Shown piece by piece: positions 1 through 11,737 of a DNA stretch of 64,000 nt. Position 1 is the stretch's first letter; each line of letters begins with the position of its first letter. Under the pieces are notes generated by a model. The model was not told the DNA's origin. It was given only the letters and a program-made list of their open reading frames with translations, and made no database searches. The position numbers and the translations under genes are program-made. The DNA is from Torpedo marmorata (lineage: Eukaryota). The stretch lies in NCBI GenBank assembly GCA_977017645.1, contig OZ360226.1, forward strand, positions 153,884,001-153,948,000. Reading direction: 5' to 3'.

Positions 1-1415
1 ATGTTCAGCTATTAACAATGTAGAAAGAATGTGATATTGCATTGCAGAAATGTAACAAGCAAGATGAAGAAATAAAAAAATTTCAAGTTTACCGCAGCAG
101 GGTTGAAAATAGAAATATCAATGTATCACATGATATTTTGACTTCAGATCAAATTATTAATTTCTCGGAAAGAACTGAGACTGAATTGAAAGTTGCAAAA
201 TTGGATTTGGAATTGCAGAAAAAGGCAATAGAAACCAGAGTGGTTAAAGAGACCTGTTTATTAAAATCGAAAGGATCAGATAAATATTCAAATTCTAGTT
301 CTAAGAGTTTAAATTCTTCACATGAGAAGTGGAATGCTGAAGAAAGGAATAAAGTGAAACGACATGCTGAAGAAGTGCCTCGTGTTAAATTCAAAAGAAA
401 AACTGTATCTATTTTGTCTGAGGAAGATTTGAGGTTTACTGGTCGACATTTTAACTCAAAGATTATGGAGATAAAAGAACTTTAAAGAGACATTGTAATT
501 ATTATGGATGATTCAGCTCCTCGAAACTCCTGGTTACTTGGAAAAATTATTGAGACTATTCAGGACAAAAGGGGACTTGTGTGACAAGTGTGAATTACAA
601 CTAAGACTGGCTTTCTAAATCGACATATTAACAAGGTCTGCCTTCTGTTGGAGACGGAGGAACTTTGATAAATACAAACTGACTTTATTTGTTGTTGTAT
701 ACTTCACAGGTTACAGACTTTTTGTTGATTCAGAGTTATGGTAAACTCTGGTCTTATGAAGAAAGAAGAAAGAAGATTTGTATATTGTTTGAATGTTATG
801 GTTATTGGTATTTATAATTGATTGTGTAATTATTATTTAAGACATTGCGTCTAATTATAATAACTAGGGGCCGGTGTAAGAGCCGTAGGCTTGATTACTT
901 ACCTTGGTCGCGGCGCTGCGATGTTACGGAGGAGTCGCGGTGTTTGTAGGCCGTGCTAGGCCTATTTAGTACTCTGTGCATGCGCTAGAGTGCCGATGGG
1001 CGCATGCACAGTTGGGAATGACGGCAGTGTGCGCGGTGGAGTATGCGCGGTGAAATAGACGCATTGAGCATGCGCCAATCGGGGAAAAAGAATTGAAAAA
1101 GATGGAGGTTTAGAGGAGGGTGAGTGAGATTGCCATATCTTTTATTGACCATTTCATGGAACATTTAACCACGTTTCATTGAACATTTAAACTCGTTTCA
1201 TTATGGTTTAAAGTCATTTAATTGAACATCTAAATACAGTCAAAGGAATAGTTTAAAGGAACTCATTAAACATCGTTATCAAGAACTGTTTATATTTAAG
1301 TCATTGAAGATTGCTGCATGTCACGTGTGTAAATAAAGTTTTTTTTTTAACATATCGGACTTTGTTAGTAAATTAATTGAAACGCGTCAAAAACAAGTAT
1401 CTCACTTAGCCTCCA
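1..1415 (+). mobile_element. BEL/Pao LTR retrotransposon 3' part (integrase C-terminal remnant, PPT, 3' LTR)
   Basis: 489-668 translates DIVIIMDDSAPRNSWLLGKIIETIQDKRGLV*QV*ITTKTGFLNRHINKVCLLLE, the DUF5641-like BEL/Pao C-terminus. PPT-like TAGGGGCCGG is followed by TGTAAG at 875, AATAAA at about 1332 and a candidate ...CA end at 1415. Confidence 0.75.
1148..1232 (+). repeat. About four degenerate 21-22 bp tandem units inside the BEL LTR
   Basis: Recurring (c)gtttcattgaacatttaa-like units. Confidence 0.6.
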
Positions 1416-2195
1416 AGTGACTATTGTTGGATCGGTCACTATAGATGGGGAGAAAATTCAAAATTCGGAAGTGCAAAGGGACTTGGGGGTCCTCATTCAG
1501 GATAACCTAAAGGTTAACCATCAGGTTCGATCAGCAGTAAAGAAAGCAAATGCTATGTTGCCATTCATTTCAAGAGGAATAATCTATAAGAGTAAAGAGG
1601 TGTTGATGAGGCTCTATGGGGCACTGATGAGACCTCATTTGGAGTACTGTGTGCAGTTTTGGTCCCCTTATCTTAGAAGGGATGTAATAATGTTGGAGAG
1701 AGTACAGAGAAGATTTACCAGGATGATTCCTGGAATGCAGGGGCTAACATATGAGGAACGTTTAGCAGCTCTTGGACTGTATTCTTTGGAGTATAGAAGA
1801 ACGAGAGGGGATCTCATAGAAACATTTTGAATGCTGAAAGGATTGGACAGAGTAGATGGAAATAAGATGTTTCCCTTGGTGGGTGAATCCAGGACAAGAG
1901 GGCACAGTCTTAGAATTAGAGGGTGCCCATTTAGAACAGAGTTGAGGAGGAAGTTCTTTAGCCAGAGTGTCGTGGATTTGTGGAATTCGTTGCCACATAC
2001 AGCTGCGGAGGCCCGATCTTTGGGGGATTTTAAGGAGGAGATTGATAGGTATCTGATTGGTCAGGGTATAAAGGGATATGGGGAAAAGGCCGGAAATTGG
2101 AATTAGATGTGAGAACAGTTTAGCTCAGGGTGGAGTTGCTGAACACTCGATGGGCCGAATGGCCTACTTCTGTTCCTTTATCTTGTGATCTTGTG
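1416..2195 (+). mobile_element. CR1-clade LINE 3' fragment (ORF2 C-terminus and 3' UTR)
   Basis: RDLGV...RPHLEYCVQFWSP...LERVQRRFTRMIPG...RGDLIETF / SRTRGHSL...VVDLWNSLP, disrupted near 1830. Tail GATGGGCCGAATGGCCTACTTCTG...TCTTGTGATCTTGTG. Confidence 0.92.
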
Positions 2196-3470
2196 TGAAC
2201 TGCCAGATCTGTGCGGAGTGCAAACTGCACTTCTATCAACCAGACAGAGCACACCTGATAAAGGCCACCCGCCCCTTTGAACGCCTGAGCATCAATTTCA
2301 CGGGACCTCTCCCCTCCTCTGACTGAAACATGTACTTCCTCAACATCATTGATGAGTACTCATGTTTCCCGTTCGCAATCCCCTGCCCGGACATGACCAC
2401 GGCCACAGTCATCAAGGCCCTGCACAATCTCTACACTGTTCGGGTACCCCTGCTATATTCATAGCGACCGGGGGTCCTCTTTTATGAGTGATGAGCTGCG
2501 TCAGTACCTGCTGGTCAGGGGCATCACCACGAGCAGGACCACCAGTTACAACCCCCGAGGGATCGGGCAGGTAGAAAGGGAGAATGCTGCTGTCTGGAAG
2601 GCCACCCTCCTAGCCCTAAGGTCTAGAGGTCTTCCAGTCTCCCGCTAGCAAGATGTCCTCCCCGATGCGCTCCACTCAATCAGATCGCTCCTATGTACCG
2701 CCACCAATGCCACTCCACATGAGAGAATGTTTTCCTTCCCTAGGAAGTCTGTTTCAGGGACCACGCTGCCGTCCTGGCTGACATCCCCAGGGCCGGTCCT
2801 ATGCCGGAAGCATGCGAGGACCCATAAACATGACCCACTGGTCGAAAGGGTCCATCTCCTCCACGCCAACCCCCAATACGCCTATGTGACGTACCCTGAC
2901 GGGCGGGAGGACACGGTCTCCGTTCTGGACCTGGCGCCCTCAGGAGTCCCTGACACCATTGCCTACCACCCTGCGCCCCCTCTACCTACTGCTACCAACG
3001 ATGCACCGAGGCCATGGCAGTTGACCCCAGCCCCTGGGGATGGCATGCCAGATTCGTCACCACGCGTCCACCAAGACAGAGCCGACAACAACACACAGGT
3101 GGTCCAAACAGGACTGGATGCAACAGCTGCGCTGCAGCCAGTACTACGACGGTCACAGCGGCAGACCAGACCACCCGAAAGACTCAATTTGTGAGAACTT
3201 TTAATTCACTTCACCCCGCAGGACTCTTTTTAAAAAGGAGAGGTGAATGTGGTAAACCACTGTATATATGTTTGTAATCGTCTGGACACGCCCCTTGCTG
3301 ACTGTACTGTGGCTCCTCCCACAGACCCCTGAATAAAGGCCATTGTGCCACAGCTCCCTCCCCAGTCCAGGACAGATGACCAGCAGGGACGTGCCTTCAT
3401 TGCGATGTAAATAAAAGCCTATCAGTTTCTACATAACTTATAGTCTTTCGGAGTTATTGATGGTGCATCA
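2196..3470 (+). mobile_element. Gypsy/Ty3 LTR retrotransposon: integrase pseudogene plus 3' LTR (3248-3470)
   Basis: CQICAECK zinc-finger end, FERLSINFTGPLP, IIDEYSCFPFA, HSDRGSSF, QVEREN (DDE core) and RRSQRQTRPPERL terminus. PPT AAAAGGAGAGGTGAA is followed by TGTGGT...GCATCA with AATAAA. Confidence 0.88.
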
Positions 3471-3897
3471 GTGAGGTGCTACCTCAAGAAGGCTGCCAAC
3501 ATTATAAAGCACACCCTTCATCCTGGTCGCAACCTCTTCTCATTACTACCTTCGGGAAGAAAGTACAGAAGCCCGAAATCGAGCACTTCCAGGTTCAAGA
3601 ACAGTTTTTATCCAATAGCTACTCCTCTAACCTGAACCATAAACTATTCCAGGACCACTAAAAGATCTGGCCGCACAACTGAAATGTCACTTTTTTACTT
3701 GCTGTAACTTCAATTGTGAATATTTATTTATCTATCCTTTGATATTTATTATCTCTTTTTCTGTCTGGCATTTGTGGTAATTTAAATGTTTACTGTTGTA
3801 GTTGGCATATCTTTTGTACCAGTTTGGCTTTAGCAAGCAAGATTTTTTGTGCATCTGTACATTTTACAAATGTATATGACAATAAACTCTCATTGAC
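3471..3897 (+). mobile_element. Rex1/Babar-type LINE 3' remnant
   Basis: RCYLKKAANIIKHTLHPGRNLFSLLPSGRKYRS...RFKNSFYP, the same C-terminal motif as the 11.7-13.3 kb element. Tail ends GACAATAAACTC. Confidence 0.8.
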
Positions 3898-4482
3898 AAT
3901 GGTATCAGTCTCTGCACCAGGATGCTCTTAGATATACCCACTGTAAGTACTGGGAAATTGTTGCAACATTTGAGCTTTCAAGAGAGTCCATTGTTAGAAA
4001 ATATGTATAGGAACAACACAGAACCATTGGCCACTGGGATGTCAACATGAATGCATATGACTTCTGCATTCATCTAGACATGCCAGTTATCCACAGAAAT
4101 GCAGCGAAATGAATACAATCAGATGGGTAGATGCTAGCATAACCTGCAAAATCTGGGCCAATGTACCAATAATTTCAAAAGACCGAAAGTGTCAGAGTGC
4201 TCACCCTGTATGTATCAATGATTACTTGTCTCTTGATGCTCCACCGAGAGGCAAGAATATTGCTGCTTCTGCATATGAAGCGGGCCAGATATATGTCATT
4301 TTGTCTGATGGTTCTGTGCAGAACTTCCACCCTCTGCTGTTCAATGCATCTTCCACATCTGTACACAGCAACACTGAAGTACTGAAAGCATCAGAGGTCA
4401 GATCTGACCTCCCACTCCCACACTCAGTTCAGTGTTGAGTTCAGAGAAGGACAGATTATATTGAGCCAAGTTGCTGGGTTTA

Positions 4483-5800
4483 CAGTGCCCTCCATAACAT
4501 TTGGGACAAAGACACTTTTCCCTTATTTTCCCCTATGCTTCACAGTTTTAAATTTGTAATCAAACAATTCACATGTGATTAAAGTGCACATTCCAGATTT
4601 TATTAAAGGGTATTTGTGTACATTTTGGTTTAACCATGTAGAAATTACAGCACTTTTTTTTCATAGTCCCCTCATTTCAGGGACCATAATATTTGGGACA
4701 CAGCAAAGGTAGTACCTGTATATTAAAGTAGTCATGTTTAGTACTTTGTTGCATATCCCTTGAATGCAATGACTGCTTGAAGTTTGTGATTCATAGACAT
4801 TACCAGGTGCTGAGTATCTTCTCTGGTGATGCTCTGTCAGGCCTCTACTGCAGCCATATTCAGCTCTTGCTTGTTTCGGGGGCTTGTCCCCTAATGTTTT
4901 CTCTTCAGCATATGGAAGGCATGCTCAATTGGATTTAGATCGGATGACTGACTTGGCCATTCAAGAAATTTTCAGATTTTAGCTTTGAAAAACTCCTTTG
5001 TTACTTTAGCAGTATTTTTGGGATCATTTTCTTGCTGTAGGATGAAGCGCCATCTAATGAGTTTGGAGACATTTAAACAAACTTGAGCAGATAAGATGTT
5101 TCTATACACCTCAGAATTAATTTTGCAACTACCATCAGATAAGTGCGCCAGTACCTGTAGCAGCCATACATGCCCAGGCCATAACATTCCCACCACCATG
5201 TTTCGTAGATGAGGTGGTATGCTTTGGATCTTGGGCAGTTCCTTTACGCCTCCACACTTTTCTCTTGCCATCATGCAAATACAGGTTAACCTTGGTTTCA
5301 TTTGTCCACAAGATGTTTTTCCAGAATTCTGCAGGCTCTTTTAAATACTTCTTGGCAAACTGTAATCTAGCCATCCTGTTTCTGTGGCTAACTAGTGCTT
5401 TGAAACTTGCAGTGTAGCCTCTCTATTTCTGTTCCTGAAGTCTTAAGCGGACAGTAGTCATTGACACATCCACACCTGCCTCCTGAAGAGTGTTTCTGAT
5501 CTGTAGGACAGACGCTTGAGGATTTTTCTTCATTATGATGAGAATTCTTCTGTCATCAGCAGTGGAGGTCTTCCTTGGCCTACCAGTCCCTTTGCGATTA
5601 CTGAGCTCACCAGTACGCTCTTTCTTCTTAATGATGTTCCAAACAGTTGATTTTGGTAATCCTAAGATTTGAGCGATGTCTCTTACTGTTTTATTCTTGT
5701 TTTTTCAGCCTCATAATGGCTTCTTTAACTTTCATTGGCACAACTCTGGTCCTCATGTTGAAAAATGGCAACTACAGACTCCAAAGGTGATCAAAAGCTT
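4483..5800 (-). mobile_element. Tc1/mariner DNA transposon, degenerate transposase, one terminus retained
   Basis: TA|CAGTGCCCTCCATAA terminus at 4483 with an internal direct-repeat copy at about 4680-4700. Transposase fragments RLQFAKKY...FWKNILWTNETKVNL...KHGGGNVMAWACM and FILQQENDPKNTAK. Start MRTRVVPMKVKEAI at 5756. Frameshifted. Confidence 0.9.
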
Positions 5801-6486
5801 ACACACAGCACTAACGTGACTACAAGATGTGATAAGGTTTAATGCTTGATCAAGAACTGAAAACTATCTTTGTGCTTGAGCCTCAGTATAATGAGGCTAG
5901 AGGTACTGTTCAAGTTCAAGTTTATTATCTGACTGTATATACATTATACAACCAGATGAAACAGTGTTTCTCCAGACCATGGTGAGGAATGAGTAACTTA
6001 ACTATTGGGGAGTCTGTCTAATATTCTAAGCCTTCTGGCAGTGTGGATGAAGGTAAGGAAGTTATTTAGGAAGAAGCAAGCAGGGACTGAAGTATTGTTG
6101 TGGTTTTTGAACTTTGAAGTAACTTTATGGAACTATGTTCCAGAAATTAGTGTGTGGTTTATTGATACATAAAACTTGTACCAAGACACAAGAGTGACCA
6201 AAGGGCCCTCACGAATCGTTATAAAATGCTTCTGCCTTTTTTGGTCATGATCTCTGAATATTCATTTTGAGGAAAATTAAGCCACATGAGCGTATCATGG
6301 GCTTTTATTTCTGGATATTTTCTAATGTAAATGGAGCAGGAAACATTAAAAAAAATAGCCCTTATACAGTATGTCCCATATCATACAGTAGTATTTTCTT
6401 CTGTGTTTTGTTTTTCAGGTTACATAGCCTTTACTGGAAATTGTATGTGGTCATGTGACTATTTTAAACCAAATGCACTTTAACAA

Positions 6487-6627
6487 GCTCAAATGCTCAA
6501 GCCCGAAACGTTGGTTATGTATTTCTACCTTTGCTACATAAAAGACACTGTTTGACCTGCTGAGTTTCTCCAGCATTTGTGTTTTTTACTTCAATCACGG
6601 TGTCTACAGATTTTCGTGTTTTACTTT
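6487..6627 (+). mobile_element. Short Penelope-derived insertion with 11-bp TSD
   Basis: GCTCAAGCCCGAAACGTTGG...GACCTGCTGAGTTTCTCCAGCATT, flanked by CACTTTAACAA at 6476-6486 and 6628-6638. Confidence 0.75.
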
Positions 6628-9600
6628 CACTTTAACAATGACATGCTTTTAGTGTCTTCCTTTACATCACAGGACTTGGATTTCTACATGGTAAGATTAT
6701 TTACACGATAGTTAGTATAACAGCTTTTCTTAAATTGACTTTATTCAACTATTAGAAAACACGAACTTTCACGTTGGAACAACATTTACACCAATTTTGT
6801 AATTTTGGCTGCTGGTATATTGAAAGCCATGATTGCAGGTATATCATGAAAGATTGTCATTGTTCCTTTCAGTAATTTTTACAGGAGTTGTGTTTTCAAA
6901 ATTACTTACTGCTACAATTTTATTGCTCAGTCTCAAATTACAATGAAAAATGGTGATTTTGTTCAGTTTTTGTCTCAGCAAGCATGGCTCTTGACCTTTC
7001 ACTTCATTAACATCAAAAATGACAAGTTCATCCAAGTTTTTCAAACTCTACAGGTATCTTTTACTTGAGGACAGATTAAACTTTGCAAAGATAGTTACCA
7101 GATGTGTTCCAATATATATGTCCATTTATAATGATTTTGCCAGCCATCTGTAGAGAATAGGGAGTAAATTGATATCTTCATGGCTATTTGTTGAACAACT
7201 ACTGTTCTTTATTCTGCCTGCATTTTTTCTGGACTTACTGTAGATGCACAGTTATATTGGTGAAGAGATAACAATAAACTTGGCAAGTTAAGCTCCCACA
7301 ATCATCATCTCTGGATTAGTTATGCGTTACCTGATTAGAGATTTCCCCTTTCATACAATGCCTCAACTTCTTCATTGCAAAATATCTTATTTCTGGCTTC
7401 ACATGGACTTTCCTCTCTGTTGTCTCTGACTTGTTAATGCCCTATCATATTTGCTTCAGAACCACAATATTATAACAATGTACCCGCAGCTGATATCTCT
7501 TATTGTTGTTCATTGAATGTTACAGATACCAGATACTGATGCTGCATGATTTTGTGAGCACCACCAGCTCTGATTTCGAATCCATCTCCTGTTCTTTGCA
7601 TGTGAGTCTGTCGGTGAATTGGCTTTTGGGATTTGCTATCAAAGGCAAGTCCAGTCTTGTTCTTGATATCCACAAATTTCCACTTTCTAGCAGCAATTAT
7701 TTTCTAGTGATCAAGATCAGGAACCATGGGATGTTATTTTCTTCTCTCACTTAGAGTGCTGATGCTCGTGACTCCAGCTGCCATTTCAGCTGAGGACAGA
7801 CAGCACAGACCAAAGATTTTTTCCATGCACTCAGTGAGTAACAAAGGAAAACATTAGGTATGGGTAGATCTAGTTATGATTTTGGGTATGAAGCAGGTGA
7901 ATAAATCTGCATTTCAAATGCCCACAGATGTTTTTGTAATTGTTACTACACCTGCTTTGCATCATTATTGTACTTCCCTGTATAACGTCTTGAATTCCAA
8001 CTGCTCATTGGTGAAATTATTTGCCATACTAATTATAATAGAACTTCAGCTATGAATCTCTCCTGTCTGTCTGGAGACCTCGCCAGTCAGTGACTAGCTG
8101 ACAGCATATTTTAAATTATGGGCCTCTATTTACTCATGCCCAAATATAGTCTAACATTACAGCAGCCACATTTCCTAATTTTGATTTCTCAAAATGATGA
8201 AGTATTTACTAAGCACTCTGTAGCTTCCTTTTTCCTTCTTCTGGAGTTACCATCTGTTAAGAAATTTCACTGTCTCCGTCTGCAGTTTTAAAAAATATAT
8301 TCTGGACATAGACCTGACAATAGTCTATACATATCCTTTCTTATTATGTTGAAATAAAGGCTGAGGTTGTGAATTTTTAAACTTGTGTTCTGCTAACAAA
8401 ATTAGGATCATGTAGTAGTTACTGATTGATTTGATCATGATATTGACAAACATATCTAAAGTAAGTTATGTACTTAATTGTTTCCTGTAATAAAATACAT
8501 GAGAAACTATACATATTCATATTCACGAGACCATAATCCAAAAGCAATAAACTTAAGATCTACAATTTCTTTATCTGCTCCAAACTAAGCAAGAGATCAC
8601 TGAAGCCAAATGCATAGCATCATTTGAAACATCTGTTACCTGTCATTATTATGAATAAACCTTCCCTTGTTACATGATCAGAGAGGATTCCTATAACCAG
8701 GACATTTATTTTTCATTGTGTTTCTGATATCTTGATCAAAGATTGACTTAATGACCGCTAAGATAACCATTAATTGTGATATGTAAAATATTATATTCAG
8801 CTTAATGTGTAATGGTATTGGCTATGTGTGTTTCTAGTACTCTGTAAGTTTTATTATTCTGTGTCCAGCGTTTGTATTCAAAGCAATGAAAATGCTAACT
8901 ATTGAATCAACTGCATAACCTTTTATTGCACCGTATTCCTCATACTCATGATAGATAGACAAGAGATGGCATGACTGTCTGAACTTTGAATGCAAATGTT
9001 GTTCCTCTGTACATCAGTTTTTGCTGCATTTTAAAGGAAAGCATATTAGTTCATACATTGAACAGAGCTCTTTGCATTGTTACGTCCCTAAACAATAGAA
9101 GAATAAGAAAACAAATATACAACTTGCTAATGTTGGAATGGTCTTTGCATTACACCCATATGTTCACATTGCTTTTAAGACAAATTAAATTCCAATGTTA
9201 GCTTCTCTGCTGTTATGAAACAAACAGAATATTATTGAAATATTTACACATGGTGCAGTGCTTTGAGGCATTGGTTGAATGTGGACAAACAGAACAATAG
9301 TATTAAAGTTGTCAGTTCAATTTTCACAATCCACTCTAGTAAATAATTTATTCTAAATAATTTTATTTTCTCTGCTTATTAGATACTTCAGGGACACAGA
9401 AGAAATTAACAGTAATAAGAGGAAGACAGCTCCCAACAACATGGTGAAACAAATCATTTTGCTTAAACAGAACTCAATTCAGTGCCCTTTTAGAGTCTAT
9501 TTCTAGGCTGAAAACTCTAATTCAACCCCATTATAAAGAATTTTTTCACCTAAGACTGAGAAGAGGCTAGGCAAGAGGATTTTATAACAGGTGTTGACTT

Positions 9601-9988
9601 AAAAAGACCTGTCATTTTATTTAACAGTGGCCTATTTCGACAGACTGCTCATAAATCATGGAGTGGCACAGAGTGCTGAACCTTGCCCCACCCAGCCCTC
9701 AAAATTGCTAAGTTTCCATGTGCATCAGCTAAGTCAACAGCAGTGATCAATCCTTGGTTGTTCTGGCACCCATCTGTCTCTCAAGCCGCCGTCAGAAGTT
9801 TTCTTGGGCATGGGAAGCCACTTTTGTCAGTGGTCGTGTGAAGAAGAAATGGTGGTCAGCTGGGGTGGCAGACCAGTGTTTCAGGGGTGGGGTAGGTGAG
9901 GTTTGCAACTTTAGCAGTGGGATTGCTCCAGATGAGATTAGGGATCCTAAAGGAGAGCAGAGTAAATAACTTATTTAATAGGGTACCA

Positions 9989-10127
9989 GAGTGAAACACA
10001 AAAATTTGCAGATGCTGCAATTGTAGTCAAAACACAGAGATGCTGGAGGAACTCAGCCGGTATCACAGCGATCATGTGGACCCTGCGAGACTGGCTGAGT
10101 TCCTCCAGCATCTCTGTGTTTTGACTT
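9989..10127. mobile_element. Fold-back Penelope-derived insertion with 11-bp TSD
   Basis: Perfect 34-bp inverted repeat 10025-10058/10093-10126. ATAGGGTACCA at 9978-9988 and 10128-10138. Confidence 0.8.
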
Positions 10128-10339
10128 ATAGGGTACCAACCCAGGTTGGGTTTCCATGGTACACTGGGCCATATTCAGGACGGTCTCCTTTAGGACATGT
10201 ACTGAGAAAGTTTCTTCGACATGAGTAGCCTGGCAGCAGTGGGTATTCATGAATGAGAATTAATGAAGTTTCTGCCATAATCCTATAAATGAGGCTAATA
10301 TGTGTTTTTATTTATCCATTTATAAATATGATTTTTTTG

Positions 10340-11520
10340 CAGGAAATGTCAGAATTTGTTGCTTATATTTCATTTTCCTGGAAAAGGTGAAAGTAAGCCT
10401 ACATCTTGATCTGTTTTTTTTTTGTTGCAGGACTTAGTGTGTAGGGTGTTCCAGGATCAAAAAATAAGTCACATATTTCTAAATGAGGATGGTGTGCAAG
10501 TCTACAAAGTGCCTATGTGCTTGTGTCAGATTCTTGGTGCTGGAGGTACTGTTGGACTGTTCTATCTCAGTAAGTGAGTTCATTTTGAGAATCGTGTACA
10601 CTTCAAACATGCTCAGAAGCTGATGGAGGAAGGGAATATTTCGGATGACGGATGGAGTGCAAATCAAATACAATGTTTTGTCTTGGGTGTTGCTGAGACT
10701 TTTGACTATTATTGGAGCTATTCTTGTCCAGTCAAGTGAAAAGTATTCAATCATACCCATGGCTTGTGCCTTGTAATTAGTGAAAAGTCCATGGAGGGAC
10801 AGAAGATGAGTTACATTCTTTGGATTATCTGGCCTTGGATCTGCTCTCATAATCCAGACAACTAATGCGTGGCCACATAATCAAAATGCTGAAATTGTGG
10901 GAAATTGGAAAAGCGAAAAATGCTGGAAATTCTCTGATGACCTTTCATCAAAGCTGATAAAAGTGGGAGATGAAACACATTTTATGGTGCAGGAGGGGGG
11001 AGAGAACACAAGAGAAAGCCTGTGAAAGCGTGGAAGGCAGGAGTAATAGAATGGCACTGAGGGTGATAGTGATATCAATGAGGCCGATGCAGTTATATTT
11101 CTGGTTAATGGGAACCGTAGCCTGATAAATATGTGGGTCTCAATGATGGTAATGACATTGAATGTCAACGATATATGATTAGATTATCCCTTATTAGAAG
11201 TCATTATTTTCTGCTGCATTTGCAAATTAATGCATCTTCCCATTTATAAGTCCGTCCCTGAGTATTGACGAGAACTTGCTGCATACAGTCTTCATTATCT
11301 GAGAAGTTGCACAATGAATTGAACATTATTCATTCTTGAGCTAGCATCCCAATTCTGATGTTATGTTGGAAGGAAGGCCACTGATGAAGCAGTGTTGTCT
11401 TGGACACTACCCTGAAGAACTAGTGCAGTGATGTCCTACAACAGGCATGATTAACATCTAACACACAGAACCATCTGCTATTCCAGCTAGGGGAAAGTTT
11501 TCCTCTTGATCCCTTTCATC
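10340..11520 (-). mobile_element. Old LINE remnant (RT C-terminal) interrupted by a Penelope fragment at about 10880-11140
   Basis: LFTNYKAQAMGMIEYFSLDW...LSNTQDK resembles the LINE YKAQVRSxMEYxxxxW...LDxIQ motif. The central block has Penelope-type AATGCTGGAAAT...CTTTCATCA sequence. Confidence 0.55.
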
Positions 11521-11737
11521 TTACACAAATTTTAGAGCTAAATAGAACTTCCAAAATTATTTTTTTCAGAAACTTTCTTTCAGAAATTGTTTTTCAGAAA
11601 GTCTAATCCTATATTTATTCTGCTATACCATAGAATATTAATCAGAATTAGTAATACACAAAATTTTTATTTCTAAAACAGGTCACATTACTAGAGATCA
11701 CATTGTCTGAAAGTTTATTGCCTTGATATTTGTACTT

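Noticed and set aside
4109-4438. Overlapping short ORFs with faint Myb/SANT (Harbinger-like) resemblance
   Set aside because: Too weak, with no diagnostic tryptophan spacing or termini recognisable
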